46,568 bases of DNA from Desulfovibrionaceae bacterium (GCA_031554295.1 JAVBVM010000038.1:1-46568); one strand, 5' to 3'; positions 27,590 through 37,488 are shown, counted from the stretch's first letter. Notes: generated by a model from the sequence alone, not told the origin. Numbers and translations are program-made.

Positions 27590-28135
27590 ATGTACTTTGA
27601 CGGAAAAGGACGGGACAAGACTGAGGCGACCATCAGCCTGTCGCTCAAGGCGGCGGAAGAGAGCAAGATCCAGCATATCGTCGTCGCCTCTGTGACCGGC
27701 TATACCGCGGGGCTTTTGATCGAGGCCGCCAAAAAAGCGAACATCGTCTGCGTCACTCACGCGGACGGCTTCAAGGAACCCGGAACCAACGAACTGACGG
27801 CCGAAGAACGCGCCAAGCTCGTTGCCGCCGGCATCAAGACGCTGACCACCACCCATGTGCTCAGCGGCGTGGAACGGGGCATCAGCACCCAGAGCGGCGG
27901 CATGTACCCGGCCGAAATCATCGCCAACACGTTGCGCATGTTCGGCCAGGGCGTGAAGGTGTGCGTGGAAATAGCGATTATGGCCCTGGACGCCGGCCTG
28001 ATTCCCCACGGCGAGAAGATCGTCGCCATCGGCGGCACCGGACGCGGCGCGGACGCGGCGGTGATCATGACTCCCGCCCACGCCAAGGACGTATTCAGCA
28101 CTCGCGTTCACGAAATAATCTGCAAGCCGCGCTAG
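27590..28135 (+). CDS. Pyruvate-kinase C-terminal (alpha/beta) domain-like protein of unknown function
   Basis: 181 aa. RBS AAGGAG. VVASVTGYTA...IVAIGGTGRGADAAVIMTPA pattern as in stand-alone PK_C-like proteins. Confidence 0.65.
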   Translation: MYFDGKGRDKTEATISLSLKAAEESKIQHIVVASVTGYTAGLLIEAAKKANIVCVTHADGFKEPGTNELTAEERAKLVAAGIKTLTTTHVLSGVERGISTQSGGMYPAEIIANTLRMFGQGVKVCVEIAIMALDAGLIPHGEKIVAIGGTGRGADAAVIMTPAHAKDVFSTRVHEIICKPR

Positions 28136-28175
28136 GGCCGCTCCCAAATAACGGCTCTTGGACGAGCGGAAATTC

Positions 28176-28211
28176 AAAGCCCCCCGAACCAAGCATGGTT
28201 CGGGGGGCTTT
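28176..28211. terminator. Bidirectional hairpin between the PK_C-like gene and convergent murA
   Basis: aaagccccccgaacc (28176-28190), aagcat loop, ggttcggggggcttt (28197-28211). 15-bp perfect stem. Confidence 0.7.
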
Positions 28212-28349
28212 GTCCTGTTCAGACTGTTCGCTCGGAAACCGCGTTGCTCCTCAATGGGCGTAAAGGCGCGCGGCGGCGGCCGTCAGGATCAAGTCCCACA
28301 AAGGAACAGTTTTAAAGGAAAGGGTTTTTCCCCCGCCCCGGGCTTACCT

Positions 28350-29603
28350 CTACTCCCCCCTCACCCGCCGTATCTTCGCGCCACAGGGGACGAGTTTGGT
28401 TTCGATGCGTTCGTAGCCGCGGTCGAGATGGTAAATGCGCTGGACCTGTGTTTGGCCTTTGGCGGCCAGACCGGCCAGGACCAAGGCGGCGGAGGCGCGC
28501 AAATCCGAGGCCATGACCGGCGCGCCGACCAGCTGTTTGACCCCGCGCACCATGGCGGTGTGGCCGGAGGGCTTGATGTCCGCGCCCATGCGCATCAGTT
28601 CGAGCACGTGCATGAATCGGTTCTCGAACACGGTTTCCTCGATCAGGCTGGCCCCTTCGGCCACGCACATCAGGGCCATGATCTGGGCCTGCATGTCGGT
28701 GGGAAAGCCGGGGAAGGGCCGGGTGGAAACGTCCACGCCGCGCAGGGGGCCGTTGGCCTCCACCCGGGTGACGTCGCCCTGGCTGTGGATTTTCAGGCCC
28801 ATTTCAGCCAACTTGTCGATAACCGCCTCCAGTTCCCCGTGCGGGCAGCCTTCCAAGGTGAGCTCGCCGCGGGTGATGGCGGCGGCGATCAAAAAGGTAC
28901 CGGCCTCGATGCGGTCGGGCATGACGCGGTATTCGCAACCCCTGAGAGAGGCCACGCCCTTGATGGAAATCAAGCTGGTGCCCTGGCCTTCTATGCGGGC
29001 GCCGCAGGCATTGAGGAAGTTGGCCAGATCGACTACTTCCGGCTCGCGCGCGGCGTTTTCCAGAATGGTCTCGCCTTCGGCCAGAGCCGCGGCCATAAGC
29101 AGGTTTTCCGTACCGCCCACGGTGGGGAAGTCGAAATGGATATGCGCGCCCTTCAGGCGTTTGCAGCGGCCGACAATGTAGCCGGATTCCAGATCGAACA
29201 CCGCGCCCATGCGCTCCAGCGCCTTCAGGTGCAAGTCCACCGGCCGCGCGCCAATGGCGCAGCCGCCGGGCAGAGCCACGCGGGCCTCGCCCAGGCGGGC
29301 CAGTAGCGGCCCCAGGCAGAGCACCGAAGCGCGCATGGTTTTCACCAGATCATAGGGCGCCTCGGCCTTCAGTTGGCCGGGCGTAACGCGCACGCAATCG
29401 CCCTCGAACTCGGTCCCGCAGCCGAGCAGGGTAAGCAGGCTGTTGGTGGTGGCAATATCGCGCAAACGGGGGATATTGGTGAAGGTGACCGGCGAATCGA
29501 GCAGAATCGAGGCCATCAGTATGGGCAAAGCGGCGTTCTTCGAACCGCCGACGCGGATAGTCCCCTTCAGGGGCACGCCGCCTTCAATGATCAATTGTTC
29601 CAT
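28350..29603 (-). CDS. murA: UDP-N-acetylglucosamine 1-carboxyvinyltransferase
   Basis: 417 aa from ATG 29603 (MEQLIIEGG...). [10 protein letters not shown] and the active-site loop [15 protein letters not shown]. The 774-aa track ORF is an artefactual upstream extension. Confidence 0.93.
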   Translation of the reverse strand: MEQLIIEGGVPLKGTIRVGGSKNAALPILMASILLDSPVTFTNIPRLRDIATTNSLLTLLGCGTEFEGDCVRVTPGQLKAEAPYDLVKTMRASVLCLGPLLARLGEARVALPGGCAIGARPVDLHLKALERMGAVFDLESGYIVGRCKRLKGAHIHFDFPTVGGTENLLMAAALAEGETILENAAREPEVVDLANFLNACGARIEGQGTSLISIKGVASLRGCEYRVMPDRIEAGTFLIAAAITRGELTLEGCPHGELEAVIDKLAEMGLKIHSQGDVTRVEANGPLRGVDVSTRPFPGFPTDMQAQIMALMCVAEGASLIEETVFENRFMHVLELMRMGADIKPSGHTAMVRGVKQLVGAPVMASDLRASAALVLAGLAAKGQTQVQRIYHLDRGYERIETKLVPCGAKIRRVRGE

Positions 29604-29798
29604 AGTATTTCCCTTATAATACGCGGTCTTTCCCAGCGCCGGGGGACAATAGCCGTTTTTACAACGAAAGGCAAAAGACGGGGGGGGGATAAAGGCATGC
29701 CTCCGGCGGCCAACGGGCCGCTTCGTGGCCGTACCGAACCCCGACCATCTGGACACCCCGCGGGCCGCCGTGCTACCAGATAGCAAAGAGGTAACCGC

Positions 29799-31493
29799 TT
29801 GATCGGACGCGTCAGAACGCTTTCGCATGCTTTTTTTTATTTCGCCTGGGCGGGTCTTCTGGCCTGCGCGTTGTTGTGGCCGGGCCGCGCCTGGGCGGAG
29901 GAAACGCCGCTCTATGGCGGCCGCATGGTGATTGGCTCGCTGGGCGAGCCGATCAATTTGATTTCCATGCTGACCTCGGACGCCTCCTCGCACGAACTGG
30001 CGAGCTATTTTTACATCGCGCCGCTGCGCTATAATAAAGATCTGGAAGTCGAGTGCTGGGCGGCGGAAAGCTATGAGGTGCTGGAGGGCGGCCGGCTGCT
30101 GCGCTTCAAGCTGCGGGAAGGCATCGCCTGGGAGGACGGCGCGCCGTTCACGGCCCGTGATGTGGAATTCACGTATCGGCTGATGATCGACCCGAGCACG
30201 CCCACGGCCTATGCGGGCGACTACAAGATGATCAGGGATTTCCGGCGCACCGGCGAATATACGTTCGAGGTGCGCTATGACAAGCCGTTCGCCCGCTCGC
30301 TGACCACCTGGATGCACGATGTGCTGCCCCGGCACCTGCTGGAGGGCGCGGATCTGCAAACCACGCCGCTCAAGTGGAAGCCGGTGAGCGTGGGGCCGTA
30401 CCGCCTGAAAAGCTGGGAGCGCGGCTCGCGCATCACCCTGGCCGCCAATCCGAAATACTTTGAGGGCCGGCCCTATTTTGACGAGGTGGTGTACCGCTTC
30501 ATCCCGGATCTTTCGACGATATTCCTGGAAATGAAGGCGCACCGGCTGGACATGAGCAACCTGACGCCCTTGCAATACCTGCGGCAGACTTCCGGGCCGG
30601 AATGGGACAATTACTGGCGAAAGTACCGTTATCTGGCCGCCGGTTATACGTTTATCTCCTATAACCTGGATCACCCGTTTTTCAAGGATGTGCGGGTGCG
30701 GCGGGCTTTATCGCACGCCATCGACTGCCGGGGCATCATCAAGGGCGTGCTGCTCGGCCAGGGCGAACTAACCGTGGGGCCGTACCAGCCTGGCTCCTGG
30801 GTCTATAACGACAGCTTGCGGCCCTACGCATACGACCTGGAAAAGGCGCGCCAACTGCTGGCCGAGGCCGGCATCACCGACCTGGACGGCGACGGCGTTC
30901 TGGACGCGCCGGTGCCGGGCAAGGGCGGAAAAACCGCCTACCAGCCCTTTTCCTTCACCCTGCTGGTGAACCAGGGCAACGAGGAGCGGGAGAAAATCGC
31001 GGTCATCATCCAGTCTCAATTGAAACCGCTGGGCATTGACGTGCGCATCCGCACGGTGGAATGGGCGGCCTTCCTCAATGATTTTGTCAACCCGCGCCGT
31101 TATGAGAGCCTGATTTTAGGCTGGAATATCCTGCCCGACCCGGACCTGTCCGACGTGTGGCACTCCAGCCGGACGAACCCGGGCGGCCTGAACTTCATGG
31201 GCTTCCGGAACGCGGAGGCCGACCGCCTGCTGGAAGCGGCCGCCGCCACCCTGGATCAGGACGAACGCAAAGTTCTCTATGACCGCTTCCAGGAAATCCT
31301 GTACGAGGAACAGCCGTACACGTTTCTCTACGTTCCTTACAGCCTGCCGATCATCCAGTCCCGCATCCGGGGCGTTTCGCCGGCGCCAGCCGGCATCATG
31401 CATAATTTCACCTGGTGGTGGGATAGCGCCGCGCGCCCGCCTGATCAGCAATCCGGCAAGCAACACGGCCAACAAAACGGACTGACCCCATGA
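29799..31493 (+). CDS. Family-5 (peptide/nickel, OppA/DppA-like) ABC substrate-binding protein, orphan
   Basis: 564 aa. TTG start, signal peptide ...LLWPGRAWA, typical SBP_bac_5 blocks ([23 protein letters not shown]; [12 protein letters not shown]). No permease or ATPase genes adjacent. The stop overlaps the spoT start (ATGA). Confidence 0.82.
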   Translation: MIGRVRTLSHAFFYFAWAGLLACALLWPGRAWAEETPLYGGRMVIGSLGEPINLISMLTSDASSHELASYFYIAPLRYNKDLEVECWAAESYEVLEGGRLLRFKLREGIAWEDGAPFTARDVEFTYRLMIDPSTPTAYAGDYKMIRDFRRTGEYTFEVRYDKPFARSLTTWMHDVLPRHLLEGADLQTTPLKWKPVSVGPYRLKSWERGSRITLAANPKYFEGRPYFDEVVYRFIPDLSTIFLEMKAHRLDMSNLTPLQYLRQTSGPEWDNYWRKYRYLAAGYTFISYNLDHPFFKDVRVRRALSHAIDCRGIIKGVLLGQGELTVGPYQPGSWVYNDSLRPYAYDLEKARQLLAEAGITDLDGDGVLDAPVPGKGGKTAYQPFSFTLLVNQGNEEREKIAVIIQSQLKPLGIDVRIRTVEWAAFLNDFVNPRRYESLILGWNILPDPDLSDVWHSSRTNPGGLNFMGFRNAEADRLLEAAAATLDQDERKVLYDRFQEILYEEQPYTFLYVPYSLPIIQSRIRGVSPAPAGIMHNFTWWWDSAARPPDQQSGKQHGQQNGLTP

Positions 31494-33640
31494 CGCGCAT
31501 CCAGGACGTTCTCGACACCATCGCCTCCGTGCACAAAGACGCCAACCTTGACCTGGTGCGCAAAGCCTACATCATGGCCGCCTCGGCCCATCACGGCCAA
31601 GTGCGTCTGTCCGGCGAGCCGTACCTCTCCCATCCCCTGGCCGTGGCCCAGATTCTGGCCAAAATGCGCTTTGACGAAGCCTCGGTGGCGGCCGGCCTGC
31701 TGCACGACACGGTGGAGGATTCCACCATCAGCATCGACCAGGTGGACGCCGAATTCGGCGAGGAAGTGGCGGACATTGTCGACGGCGTGACCAAGATCAG
31801 CCAAATTTCCTTTGAAACCAAGGAAGAGGCCCAGGCCGAGAACATCCGCAAGATGATCCTGGCCATGGCCAACGATATCCGCGTGCTTATCGTCAAGTTG
31901 GCGGACCGGCTGCACAACATGCGCACCTTGAGCTTCCAGAAGCCGCATAAACAAAAGCTGATCGCCCAGGAGACCATGGACATTTACGTCCCGCTGGCCA
32001 ACCGCCTGGGCCTGCATCTGATCAAGCTGGAACTGGAAGACCTGAGCTTCGCCTATCTGAAGCCCGATATCTACGCACAAATCACCGGCTGGCTGGAAAC
32101 CAACCAGGTGGTCGAACGCCGCTACATCGAGCGGGTGGTGGAGCGCATCAACGAGATCCTGGAACAGAACGGCGTGAAGGCCGACGTGCAGGGCCGGGTC
32201 AAAAACAACTACAGCATTTATAAAAAGATGACTTCGCAGTCCCTGACACTGGACGATATGCACGACATCATGGCCTTCCGGGTGATCGTGGACAATCTGC
32301 AGGACTGTTACGGCGTGCTCGGCCTGATGCACGCCCAATGGAAGCCCGTGCACGGCCGTTTTAAAGACTATATCTCCATGCCCAAGGCCAACGGCTACCA
32401 GAGCCTGCACACCACGGTGATCGGGCCGGACGGCGAACGCATCGAAATCCAGATCCGCACCCGCGAAATGCACCGCCTGGCCGAGCACGGCGTGGCCTCG
32501 CACTGGCTGTACAAGGAAGGCGGCCGCGTGAACCCGCGCGACCTGGAGCAGTTCACCTGGCTGCGGGAAATTTTCGACCGCCAGAGCATGGAGTCCGACT
32601 CGCGCGACTTCATGCAGTCCCTGCGCCTGGACCTGTTCAAGGACGAGGTCTACATCTTCACCCCGCGCGGCGACGTGAAAGAGCTGCCCGAAGGGGCCAC
32701 GCCGGTGGACTTCGCCTACCTCATCCACTCCCAGGTGGGCGACACCTGCGCCGGCGCCAAAGTCAACGGCAAGCTGGTGCCGCTCGCCACCGCCCTGAAA
32801 AGCGGCGATACCGTGGAAATTATCACCGAAGCCAGCCGCAAGCCCAGCCGGGACTGGCTGAAGTTCGTCAAAACCGCCAAGGCCCGCACCCGCATCCAGC
32901 ATTACGTGCGCACCGAGGCACGCGACCGGGCCGTGGCCATGGGCAAGGAAATGCTGGAAAAGGAAGGCCGCCGCGCCGGCGTGAATATCCAGAAAGCCCA
33001 TAAGGACGGCATTCTGGATACCCTGGCCGCGGAATTTTCCCTGGCCAACGTCGATGATATTTTCGCCGCCGTGGGCTACGGCCGTTTCACGCCCAAAAAG
33101 GTGATCCTGCGCGTGCAGGCCCAGCTCGCCCCGGCCGAGACCCCGCCCACCCCGACTCCGCCGGAACCGCCCAAAGGCGACCCCAGCGCGGCCCGGCGCG
33201 ACAGCATCCATATCCAGGGCGTGGACAACGTGCTGGTGCGCTTCGCCAAATGCTGCAACCCCCTGCCGGGCGACCCGATCATCGGCTACATCAGCCGGGG
33301 GCGCGGCGTCACCGTGCACACCTCCGACTGCCCGGCCCTGGCGGAAATGGAGCCCGAACGCCTGCTGCCCGTTTACTGGGACGGCCAGGAAGACAAGCCG
33401 TACCCGGCCCGCATCCGCATTGTGGCGAAGAACGAAAAGGGCGTGCTGGCCAGCGTGGCCTCATTGCTCACCGACGAAGGCGTGAATATCGACGGCGCGA
33501 ACATTCATACCTCGCTTGACGGCCGGGCGGAAATGGATTTGATCATTGAAGTGCGCAACGCGGCGGACCTGTACCGCCTGCTTGAGCGGCTGCGCGCCCT
33601 GCCGCCTGTGCTCGAGGTGGCGCGCGCCTCCGCGTCATAA
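31490..33640 (+). CDS. spoT: Bifunctional (p)ppGpp synthetase / hydrolase (RelA/SpoT homologue)
   Basis: 716 aa. HD hydrolase motif (HPLAVA...LLHDTVEDS), synthetase block (RVKNNYSIYKKM...YQSLHTTV), TGS (VYIFTPRGDVKELPEGATPVDFAY) and a C-terminal ACT-like region. Confidence 0.93.
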   Translation: MTRIQDVLDTIASVHKDANLDLVRKAYIMAASAHHGQVRLSGEPYLSHPLAVAQILAKMRFDEASVAAGLLHDTVEDSTISIDQVDAEFGEEVADIVDGVTKISQISFETKEEAQAENIRKMILAMANDIRVLIVKLADRLHNMRTLSFQKPHKQKLIAQETMDIYVPLANRLGLHLIKLELEDLSFAYLKPDIYAQITGWLETNQVVERRYIERVVERINEILEQNGVKADVQGRVKNNYSIYKKMTSQSLTLDDMHDIMAFRVIVDNLQDCYGVLGLMHAQWKPVHGRFKDYISMPKANGYQSLHTTVIGPDGERIEIQIRTREMHRLAEHGVASHWLYKEGGRVNPRDLEQFTWLREIFDRQSMESDSRDFMQSLRLDLFKDEVYIFTPRGDVKELPEGATPVDFAYLIHSQVGDTCAGAKVNGKLVPLATALKSGDTVEIITEASRKPSRDWLKFVKTAKARTRIQHYVRTEARDRAVAMGKEMLEKEGRRAGVNIQKAHKDGILDTLAAEFSLANVDDIFAAVGYGRFTPKKVILRVQAQLAPAETPPTPTPPEPPKGDPSAARRDSIHIQGVDNVLVRFAKCCNPLPGDPIIGYISRGRGVTVHTSDCPALAEMEPERLLPVYWDGQEDKPYPARIRIVAKNEKGVLASVASLLTDEGVNIDGANIHTSLDGRAEMDLIIEVRNAADLYRLLERLRALPPVLEVARASAS

Positions 33641-33664
33641 TTCTCTACACGAAAGGATGGACCC

Positions 33665-34465
33665 ATGAGCAACAGAACCATCGGCTGTATCGGCTGCGGC
33701 AGTATGGGCGGCGCGCTTTTGTGCGGTCTGGCCCGCCAACAGCGGCATACCCTGCTCGGCTACAACCGTTCCCCCGCGCCGCTCGAAGCCCTGACCGCCG
33801 TCGGCGTCATCGCCGAGCCGGACGCCCGCGCCCTGGTGAAAAAATCCAACATCATCATCCTTGCGGTCAAGCCCTACCAGATTCAGGGCGTGATCGAGTC
33901 CATCCGGCCCGATCTCACCCCGGATAAAATCCTGATCAGCGTGGCCGCCGCCATCAAAGTTCCCGAGCTTCTCGCCATGGTCCAGGGCGCCTGCCCGGTC
34001 GTGCGCGTCATGCCCAACACCACGGCCATGGCCGGCGCCGGCATCTTCGGCATCTGCTACGACGACCCCCTGCTCTCCGAAGAAAACAAGAAAGCCGTCA
34101 CCGACCTGTTCGCCGAAATGGGCCAGCCCATTGTCCTGCCCGAACACAAATTCAACCGGTTCACCGCCGTCTTCGCCTGCGGCCCCGGCTACATCTACCT
34201 GATCATGGAAGCCATCCGCGAAGCCGCAGTCACCCTGGGCTTCAGCTGGGCCGAAGCCGCCGAGCTCACCTCCGCAATGGTCTACGGCGCGGGCAAGCTG
34301 GCCGCCGAATCAGGCCAGCACTTCGCCGTCCTGCGCGAACAGGTCTGCTCGCCCGCCGGCATCACCGTCACCGCCATCAACCAGCTCGAACGCTCCGCCG
34401 TGCGCGCCGACATCATCGACGCCATCCTGGTCGCGGCCAAACGCGCGGATGAAATGGAGGGGTGA
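33665..34465 (+). CDS. proC: Pyrroline-5-carboxylate reductase
   Basis: 266 aa. N-terminal IGCIGCGSMGGAL Rossmann motif, VRVMPNT, and SPAGITVTAINQLE motifs. Confidence 0.9.
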   Translation: MSNRTIGCIGCGSMGGALLCGLARQQRHTLLGYNRSPAPLEALTAVGVIAEPDARALVKKSNIIILAVKPYQIQGVIESIRPDLTPDKILISVAAAIKVPELLAMVQGACPVVRVMPNTTAMAGAGIFGICYDDPLLSEENKKAVTDLFAEMGQPIVLPEHKFNRFTAVFACGPGYIYLIMEAIREAAVTLGFSWAEAAELTSAMVYGAGKLAAESGQHFAVLREQVCSPAGITVTAINQLERSAVRADIIDAILVAAKRADEMEG

Positions 34466-34681
34466 GAGAAGGCATGCCTCCGCCCCCCCGAAAAAAGGGG
34501 TGACCATCTCCGCTTTTTTCATCCGTGGGGTTCGCGGCTGGCCTCTGGCTGAAGGCATTTGGAAACCCCGATATTGGGGAACGTTGTTTCGGACTTTATG
34601 CGCCGCCGCCCGGGAAAGCCATACGGGCTGCCGGCACAGCCGAGCGGAACCACCGGAGCCCACTCACCCGCGGAGCGTGAA

Positions 34682-34760
34682 TTTACCGCAAAGCGCATAA
34701 GCGGATCATAAAAACAGAAGGATTTCCAACGGGGTTCCGCCCCTTTGGCCTCCGGAGGCA
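34682..34760 (-). repeat. Left copy (reverse orientation) of a ~70-nt hairpin-containing repeat flanking the six-gene module
   Basis: The reverse complement (ggccaaaggggcggaaccccgttggaaatccttctgtttttatgatccgcttatgcgctttgcggtaaa) aligns with 41329-41398. It contains the hairpin ccaacgggg/cccctttgg. Confidence 0.75.
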
Positions 34761-34766
34761 CTCTTC

Positions 34767-35171
34767 ATGGACACCGACGATCGCGCCATCCGCGCGCTAC
34801 TACAGGAAGGCCATTGTTGCAGCCAGATCATTCTGATTCTGGCGCTGCGTTTACGGGGCGAGGAAAACGAGTCCATGGTGCGGGCCGCTTCGGGTTTGTG
34901 CCTGGGCATGCACAGCGGGCTGACCTGCGGCACGCTGACGGCGGCCGCGCAGGCCCTGGCCTTGTTTGATCCGGAGAACGCGGCCAAGCATATGATTCCG
35001 CAATTGATGGAATGGTATGAGGAAACCTTTGGCGAAAAGTACGGCAGCCCGAACTGTCTGGACATTACCGGCGGCAGCATGCGACCGGAGCGTTGCCTGG
35101 AAATTCTGAGCGGAACATGGCGCGAGGTGAAGCGGCTGCTGACGGAATTCGGCTTTGAGGTCGGCGAATGA
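34767..35171 (+). CDS. C_GCAxxG_C_C-family cysteine-rich (putative redox-active) protein
   Basis: 134 aa. RBS GGAGG. HCCSQ near the N-terminus and GLTCGTLTAAAQAL (the C-G-x-x-x-G core) plus a C-terminal Cys. The stop overlaps the next start (ATGA). Confidence 0.75.
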   Translation: MDTDDRAIRALLQEGHCCSQIILILALRLRGEENESMVRAASGLCLGMHSGLTCGTLTAAAQALALFDPENAAKHMIPQLMEWYEETFGEKYGSPNCLDITGGSMRPERCLEILSGTWREVKRLLTEFGFEVGE

Positions 35172-36421
35172 TCCACAGCCCGTTGAATGCCTGGATCGGT
35201 GAAAAGACCGGGCTGGGCGGGGCAATGACGCCGGTGGAGCTGCAAGAATGGCAGTTCGCCAGGCTGCGGGAGACGTTGCGGCTGGTGAAGCGGCGCAGCC
35301 GGCACTATGCGGAAACGCTGAAAGGGATTGAACCGGAGGCGATCCGGGGGCCAGCGGATCTGCGGCGCCTGCCTTTCACCACCGAGGCGGATCTGCGCGA
35401 GGCGGGCGCGCGTTTTGTCTGCGTGCCGCAAGGCGAGGTGGCGCGCATCATGACCCTGGCCACCTCGGGCACGCGCGGCAAGCCCAAGCGGGTGTATTTT
35501 TCCGAGGCCGATCAGGAGACCTGCGTGGATTTCTTCGCCACCGGCATGCTGGCCATGGTGGAGCCGGGGGATCGGGTGCAGACCTTTCTCGGGCCGCTCA
35601 CGCCCGGCAACACGGTGGACTTGCTGCGCCGGGGGCTGGAGCGCGTCGGCGTTTCCACGCTGGTCTGCGCCGGCGCGGAAGATCCGGCCGGCCCGGCCGC
35701 GGTGGAATGCCTGGTGGGCCTGCCCGTGCGCCTGTTCCGCATGGCCAGGCTGGCGCCGGGGCTGCGCCCGAAAAGCGCGCTGCTGTGCGCGGACTATGTG
35801 CCCCGGGCGATCCGGGAGGCGATTCGGGAGATCTGGCGCTGCGCGGTGTTCACCCATTACGGGTCCACGGAGAGCGGCCTGGGCGGCGGCGTGGAATGCG
35901 GCGGGCACAGCGGCCTGCATCTGCGCGACGCGGATTTGCTCTTTGAGATTGTCGACCCGGCCAGCGGCCTGCCCGTGCCGGACAATACGCCCGGCGAAGT
36001 GGTCTTCAGCACCCTGAGCCGCGCGGCCATGCCGCTTATCCGCTACCGCACCGGCGATTTGGCCCGCCTGCTGGACGCCCCCTGCGTGTGCGGCTCGCCT
36101 TTGCGGCGGCTGGACGCCGTGGCCGGCCGGAGCGCCGGGCGCATTGCCCTGAAAAACGGCGGCGAGCTGTCCATCGACCGGCTGGACGAGGCATTTTTCA
36201 GCCAACCCGAGGCCCTTGACTATGCGGCCGAGCTGGGAACGGACGGCGGCCTGCGTATTACGGCGGAAGTACTTGGAACGGTTGATCCCGGCCATCTGTC
36301 CCGGCGTATTGCGGCCAGCCTGAATTTGGACCTGCCCGTCAGCCTGGAAATCGCCCATGCGCCCCTGCCCGCGGCATTCGCCAAACGTTCCATAAAAGTC
36401 GCCGATTTTCCGCAAACTTGA
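35168..36421 (+). CDS. Adenylate-forming enzyme of the phenylacetate-CoA ligase / coenzyme F390 synthetase (PaaK-like) family
   Basis: 417 aa. P-loop TSGTRGKPKRVYFS, YGSTE and YRTGD motifs. Confidence 0.8.
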   Translation: MIHSPLNAWIGEKTGLGGAMTPVELQEWQFARLRETLRLVKRRSRHYAETLKGIEPEAIRGPADLRRLPFTTEADLREAGARFVCVPQGEVARIMTLATSGTRGKPKRVYFSEADQETCVDFFATGMLAMVEPGDRVQTFLGPLTPGNTVDLLRRGLERVGVSTLVCAGAEDPAGPAAVECLVGLPVRLFRMARLAPGLRPKSALLCADYVPRAIREAIREIWRCAVFTHYGSTESGLGGGVECGGHSGLHLRDADLLFEIVDPASGLPVPDNTPGEVVFSTLSRAAMPLIRYRTGDLARLLDAPCVCGSPLRRLDAVAGRSAGRIALKNGGELSIDRLDEAFFSQPEALDYAAELGTDGGLRITAEVLGTVDPGHLSRRIAASLNLDLPVSLEIAHAPLPAAFAKRSIKVADFPQT

Positions 36422-36485
36422 CGCCCCGCGCCGGCTGGCGTACTCCATATGCTCAAAGGATCCAGCTTTTCCGGAGGGTATATCC

Positions 36486-37472
36486 ATGGCAAAATTCACC
36501 GCTATCCTTGCGGCCCTTATGCTCACCCCGCTTTTTTGGGCGAGCCCCGCGCGCGCTCAGGAGCCGCTGCTCGGCGTTTCAATGCCGTCTTACAAAGAAA
36601 GCCGATGGGAACAGGACTTCAACGCCATTCGCGCGGAAACGGCGCGTCTGAACGTGCCCTACCTCATCCACTTCGCCGGCAACAGCCAGGAGCAGCAGAA
36701 TTTCCAGATTGAGGAAATGGTGCTCAAGGGCGTTAAAATCCTCTTCGTCGTGCCGCACGACGTGAACGGCGTTTCCGCCGCCCTTCGCCTGGCCAAGGAA
36801 AAGGGCGTGATCGTCGTCTGCTACGACCGGCTGGCCATGGACAGCCCGGTGGACGTCTACCTGACTTTCGACAACTTTAAGTGCGGGGAATTGCAGGGAA
36901 CGTTTCTGGCCAACGCCGTGCCCAAGGGCGACTACATCCTGATGTCCGGCCCGGACACGGACAGCAATTCCGCCGAATTCCGGGGCGGGGCCATGAAGAT
37001 TCTGCAACCGCTCATCGACAAGGGCGACATCCGGGTGCTGGCGGACAGCCAGGTCGACAATTGGCGGGCCGAAGCCGCCAAGAGCATTGTGGAAAAAGCC
37101 CTGAGCGCTTCCAATGGCAAAGTGGACGCCATCCTGGCCCCGAACGACGATACGGCCGAAGCCGCCATTGAGGCCCTGGCCGCCTGGAATCTGGCCGGCA
37201 AGGTGCCGGTCTCCGGCATGGACGGCAACGTCGACGCGTTGGAACGCGTGCGCGAAGGCACCCAGAGCATGACCATCATCAAGGATACCACCCTGCTGGC
37301 GCGGCGCTCATTGGAAATCTCCCTGATGATGCTCCGCGAGGAAACGCTCCCCGCGCCGAGCCGGCAAACGCGGAATGGGCTCATGGCCGTTCCAACCTAC
37401 CTGCTCGAACCCCGGATACTCACCTCCGAACAGGCCCGGGAACAGGCTCCGGGGCAGGCCCGGGCGCGCTGA
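36486..37472 (+). CDS. Periplasmic sugar-binding protein (XylF/RbsB-like, type I PBP), orphan
   Basis: 328 aa. Signal peptide ...FWASPARAQEP. LLGVSMPSYKESRW..., VVCYDR, and ILAPNDDTAEAAIEAL...VPVSGMDG blocks as in xylose/ribose binders. No cognate CUT2 permease or ATPase nearby. Confidence 0.8.
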   Translation: MAKFTAILAALMLTPLFWASPARAQEPLLGVSMPSYKESRWEQDFNAIRAETARLNVPYLIHFAGNSQEQQNFQIEEMVLKGVKILFVVPHDVNGVSAALRLAKEKGVIVVCYDRLAMDSPVDVYLTFDNFKCGELQGTFLANAVPKGDYILMSGPDTDSNSAEFRGGAMKILQPLIDKGDIRVLADSQVDNWRAEAAKSIVEKALSASNGKVDAILAPNDDTAEAAIEALAAWNLAGKVPVSGMDGNVDALERVREGTQSMTIIKDTTLLARRSLEISLMMLREETLPAPSRQTRNGLMAVPTYLLEPRILTSEQAREQAPGQARAR

Positions 37473-37488
37473 GGCGGTTTCCCCTCCC

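Noticed and set aside
29604-30674. Upstream 357-aa extension of the murA ORF (track ORF 28350-30674, 774 aa)
   Set aside because: The MurA homology starts at MEQLIIEGG (ATG 29603). The extension overlaps the well-supported SBP gene on the other strand and has junk-like composition.
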